Shown here: positions 60,701 to 64,000 of the stretch, in pieces | How the letters are laid out: each line of letters starts with the position of its first letter | How positions within the stretch are numbered: the stretch's first letter is position 1 | Origin: Malacoraja senta | Taxonomy: Eukaryota | NCBI GenBank assembly: GCA_038087875.1 | Contig: JAXLNO010000256.1 | Coordinates: forward strand, 1-64,000 | Reading direction: 5' to 3' | DNA length: 64,000 bases | Notes under the pieces: generated by a model | The model's input: only the letters and a program-made list of their open reading frames with translations | What the model was told of the DNA's origin: nothing | Database searches by the model: none | Translations under genes and position numbers: made by a program

Positions 60701-63700
60701 GCAAATGGTGGTTTGCTTTGAAAATGCAAAAGGTGGTTTACCTTGAAAATGCAAAAGGTGGTTTGCTTTGAAAATGCAAAAGGTGGTTTGCTTTGAAAAT
60801 GTAAAAGGTGGTTTGCTTTGAAAATGCAAAAGGTGGTTTGCTGGTTTGCATAGAAAATGCAAAAGCTGCTTTTTAATGGAAATGCAAAAGGTGGTTTGCT
60901 TTGAAAACGAAAAGTTGGTATGCTTTGAAAATGCAAAAGGTGGGTTGCTTTGAAAATGCAAAAGGTTTGCTTTGAAAATGCAAAGGGTTAGGTTGAAAAT
61001 GCAAAAAGGTTAGCTTTGAAAATTCAAATAGTGGTTTGCTTTGAAGGGCAAATTGTGGTTTGCTTTGAAAAAGCAAAAGGTGGTTTGCTTTGAAAAGGCA
61101 AAAGGTGGTTTGCTTTGTAAAGGCAAAAGGTGGTTTGCTTTGAAATTGCAAAAAGTGGTTTGCTTTGAAAATGCAAATGGTGGTTTGCTTTGAAAATGCA
61201 AAAGGTGGTTTGTTATAAAATGCCAAAAGGCGGTTTGCTTTGAAAATGCAAAATGTGCTTTGCTTTGAAAATGTAAAATGTCGTTTGTTTAGAAAATGGA
61301 AAAGGTGGTTTGCTTTGAAAATGAAAAATTTGGTTTGCTGGTTTGCATTGAAAATGCAAAAGGTGGTTTGCTTTGAAAATGAAAAAAGGTGGTTTGCTTT
61401 TAAAATCAAAAGGTTTGCTTTGAAAATGCAAAGGGTTTACTTTGGAAATGCAAAGGGTTTACTTTGAAAATGCAAAAGGTTTGCTTTGAAAATGAAAATA
61501 GTGGTTTGCTTTGAAGGGCAAATGGTGGTTTGCTTTGAAAATGCAAAAGGTGATTTGCTTTGAAAATGCAAAACGTGGTTTGCTTTGAAAAAGCAAAAGG
61601 TGGTTTGCTTTGAAAAAGCAAAAGGTGGTTTGCTTTGAAATTGCAAAAAGGTTTTCTTTAAAAATGCAGTAGATGGTTTGCTTTGAAAATTGAAAAGGTG
61701 GTTTGCTTTGAAAATGCAAAAGGTGGTTTGCTTTTAAATTGCAAAAAAGTGGTTTGCTTTGAAAATGCAAAAGGTGGTTTGGTATAAAAATGCCAAAAAG
61801 TGGTTTGCTTTGGAAATGCAAAAGGTGGTTTGCTTTGAAAATGCAAAAGGTCGTTTGCTTTGAAAATGCAAAAGGTCATTTGCTTTGAAAATGCAAAAGG
61901 TGGTTTGCTGGTTTGCATTGAAAATGCAAAAGCTGCTTTTCAATGAAAATGCAAAAAGGTGGTTTGCTTTGAAAATGAAAAAGGTGGTTTGCTTTGAAAA
62001 TGCAAAAGGTGGTTTGCTTTGAAAATGCAAAAGGTCGTTTGCTGGTTTGCATTGAAAATGCAAAAGCTGGTTTGCTTTGAAAATGCAAAATGTGGTGTGC
62101 TTTGAAAATGCAAAAGGTGGTCTGCTTTGAAAATCCAGAAAGTGGTTTGCTTTGAAAATGCAAATGGTGGTTTGCTTTGAAAATGCAAAAGGTGGTTTGC
62201 TATAAAATGCCAAAAGGCTGTTTGCTTTGAAAATGCAAAATGTGGATTTCTTTGAAAATGCAAAAGGTCGTTTGTTTTGATAATGCAAAAAGTGGTTTGC
62301 TTTGAAAATGCAAAAGTTGGTTTCCTGGTTTGCATTGAAAATGCAAAAGGTGGTTTGCTTTGAAAATGCAAAAGGTGGTGTGCTTTGAAAATGCAAAAGG
62401 TGGTTTGCTTTAAAAATGCAAAAGGAGGTTTGCTTTGAAAATGCAAAAGGTGGTTTGCTTTGAAAATGCAAAAGGTGGTTTGCTATGAAAATGCAAAAAG
62501 GTTTGCTAAAAATGCAGTAGATTGTTTGCTTTGAAAATGGAAAAGGTGGTTTGCTTTGAAAATGCAAAAGGAGGTTTGTTTTGAAAATGCAAAAAATGTG
62601 GTTTGCTTTGAAAATGCAAAAGGTGGTTTGCTTTGAAAATACAAAAGGTGGTTTGCTTTGAAAATGCAAAAGGTGGCTTGCTTTTAATATGCAAATGGTG
62701 GTTTGCTTTGAAAATGCAAAAGGTGGTTTACCTTGAAAATGCAAAAGGTGGTTTGCTTTGAAAATGCAAAAGGTGGTTTGCTTTGAAAATGTAAAAGGTG
62801 GTTTGCTTTGAAAATGCAAAAGGTGGTTTGCTGGTTTGCATAGAAAATGCAAAAGCTGCTTTTTAATGGAAATGCAAAAGGTGGTTTGCTTTGAAAACGA
62901 AAAGATGGTATGCTTTGAAAATGCAGAAGGTGGGTTGCTTTGAAAATGCAAAAGGTTTGCTTTGAAAATGCAAAGGGTTAGGTTGAAAATGCAAAAAGGT
63001 TAGCTTTGAAAATGCAAATAGTGGTTTGCTTTGAAGGGCAAATTGTGGTTTGCTTTGAAAAAGCAAAAGGTGGTTTGCTTTGAAAAGGCAAAAGGTGGTT
63101 TGCTTTGTAAAGGCAAAAGGTGGTTTGCTTTGAAATTGCAAAAAGTGGTTTGCTTTGAAAATGCAAATGGTGGTTTGCTTTGAAAATGCAAAAGGTGGTT
63201 TGTTATAAAATGCCAAAAGGCGGTTTGCTTTGAAAATGCAAAATGTGCTTTGCTTTGAAATGTAAAATGTCGTTTGTTTAGAAAATGGAAAAGGTGGTTT
63301 GCTTTGAAAATGCAAAATTTGGTTTGCTGGTTTGCATTGAAAATGCAAAAGGTGGTTTGCTTTGAAAATGAAAAAAGGTGGATTGCTTTTAAAATCAAAA
63401 GGTTTGCTTTGAAAATGCAAAGGGTTTACTTTGGAAATGCAAAGGGTTTACTTTGAAAATGCAAAAGGTTTGCTTTGAAAATGATAATAGTGGTTTGCTT
63501 TGAAGGGCAAATGGTGGTTTGCTTTGAAAATGCAAAAGGTGATTTGCTTTGAAAATGCAAAACGTGGTTTGCTTTGAAAATGGAAAACGTGATTTGCTTT
63601 GAAAATGCAAAAGGTGGTTTGCTTTGAAAAAGCAAAAGGTGGTTTGCTTTGAAAAAGCAAAAGGTGGTTTGCTTTGAAAATGCAAAAAGGTTTTCTTTAA

Positions 63701-64000
63701 AAATGCAGTAGATGGTTTGCTTTGAAAATTGAAAAGGTGGTTTGCTTTGAAAATGCAAAAGGTGGTTTGCTTTTAAATTGCAAAAAAGTGGTTTGCTTTG
63801 AAAATGCAAAAGGTGGTTTGGTATAAAAATGCCCAAAAGTGGTTTGCTTTGGAAATGCAAAAGGTGGTTTGCTTTGAAAATGCAAAAGGTCGTTTGCTTT
63901 GAAAATGCAAACGGTCATTTGCTTTGAAAATGCCAAAGGTGGTTTGCTGGTTTGCATTGAAATGCAAAAGGTGCTTTTCAATGAAAATGCAAAAGGTGGT
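54795..64000. repeat. Satellite DNA, 25-bp monomer GGTGGTTTGCTTTGAAAATGCAAAA (plus 22-bp variant), with higher-order repeats
   Basis: Continuous array to the window end; diagnostic variants recur at 756 bp and at ~1.9-2.0 kb / ~3.87 kb. Confidence 0.97.

Noticed and set aside
54615..63981. Dozens of FQSKPPFAFSKQTTFCIFKANHLLH-type ORFs up to 405 aa
   Set aside because: Translations of a stop-poor 25-bp satellite strand; they occur in all frames.
54795..64000. CRISPR-like array (short dyad-containing repeat)
   Set aside because: No unique spacers, no cas genes, vertebrate context.

Overview
This is a repeat-rich vertebrate window, most likely from a cartilaginous fish (skate or ray), inferred from its tRNA-derived V-SINE/HE1-type SINEs and HER1-like CR1 LINEs. 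Most entries in the ORF track are LINE fragments or low-complexity sequence; the real genes are spliced and on the minus strand. (1) An intact five-exon caspase (12290->2723, 231 aa from the first visible exon) has GT-AG introns, an open frame, the AHG/QACRG catalytic dyad and polyA signals. Its motifs and exon phases match the caspase-14/15/16 group, it has no visible prodomain exon, and its short inter-subunit linker lacks the usual cleavage-site Asp. (2) Directly upstream is a broken, tandemly duplicated partial WDR45 (WIPI4) locus (26616->19640). One copy has two 1-bp deletions and a nonsense codon; the other has lost three internal exons. Mobile DNA includes a full-length IR/DR Tc1 element, CR1, Rex1/Babar, L1 and RTE-X LINEs, Penelope-type fragments with minimal hammerhead cores, and a fold-back THAP element with an AT target duplication (ISL2EU-like). 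An internally deleted ERV (LTR, tRNA-Pro PBS, env) is nested in a Gypsy element. A 25-bp satellite with higher-order repeats starts at that Gypsy's putative LTR and runs about 9 kb to the window end. All calls were made by eye without database searches. Exon boundaries were counted base by base; TE boundaries are approximate.
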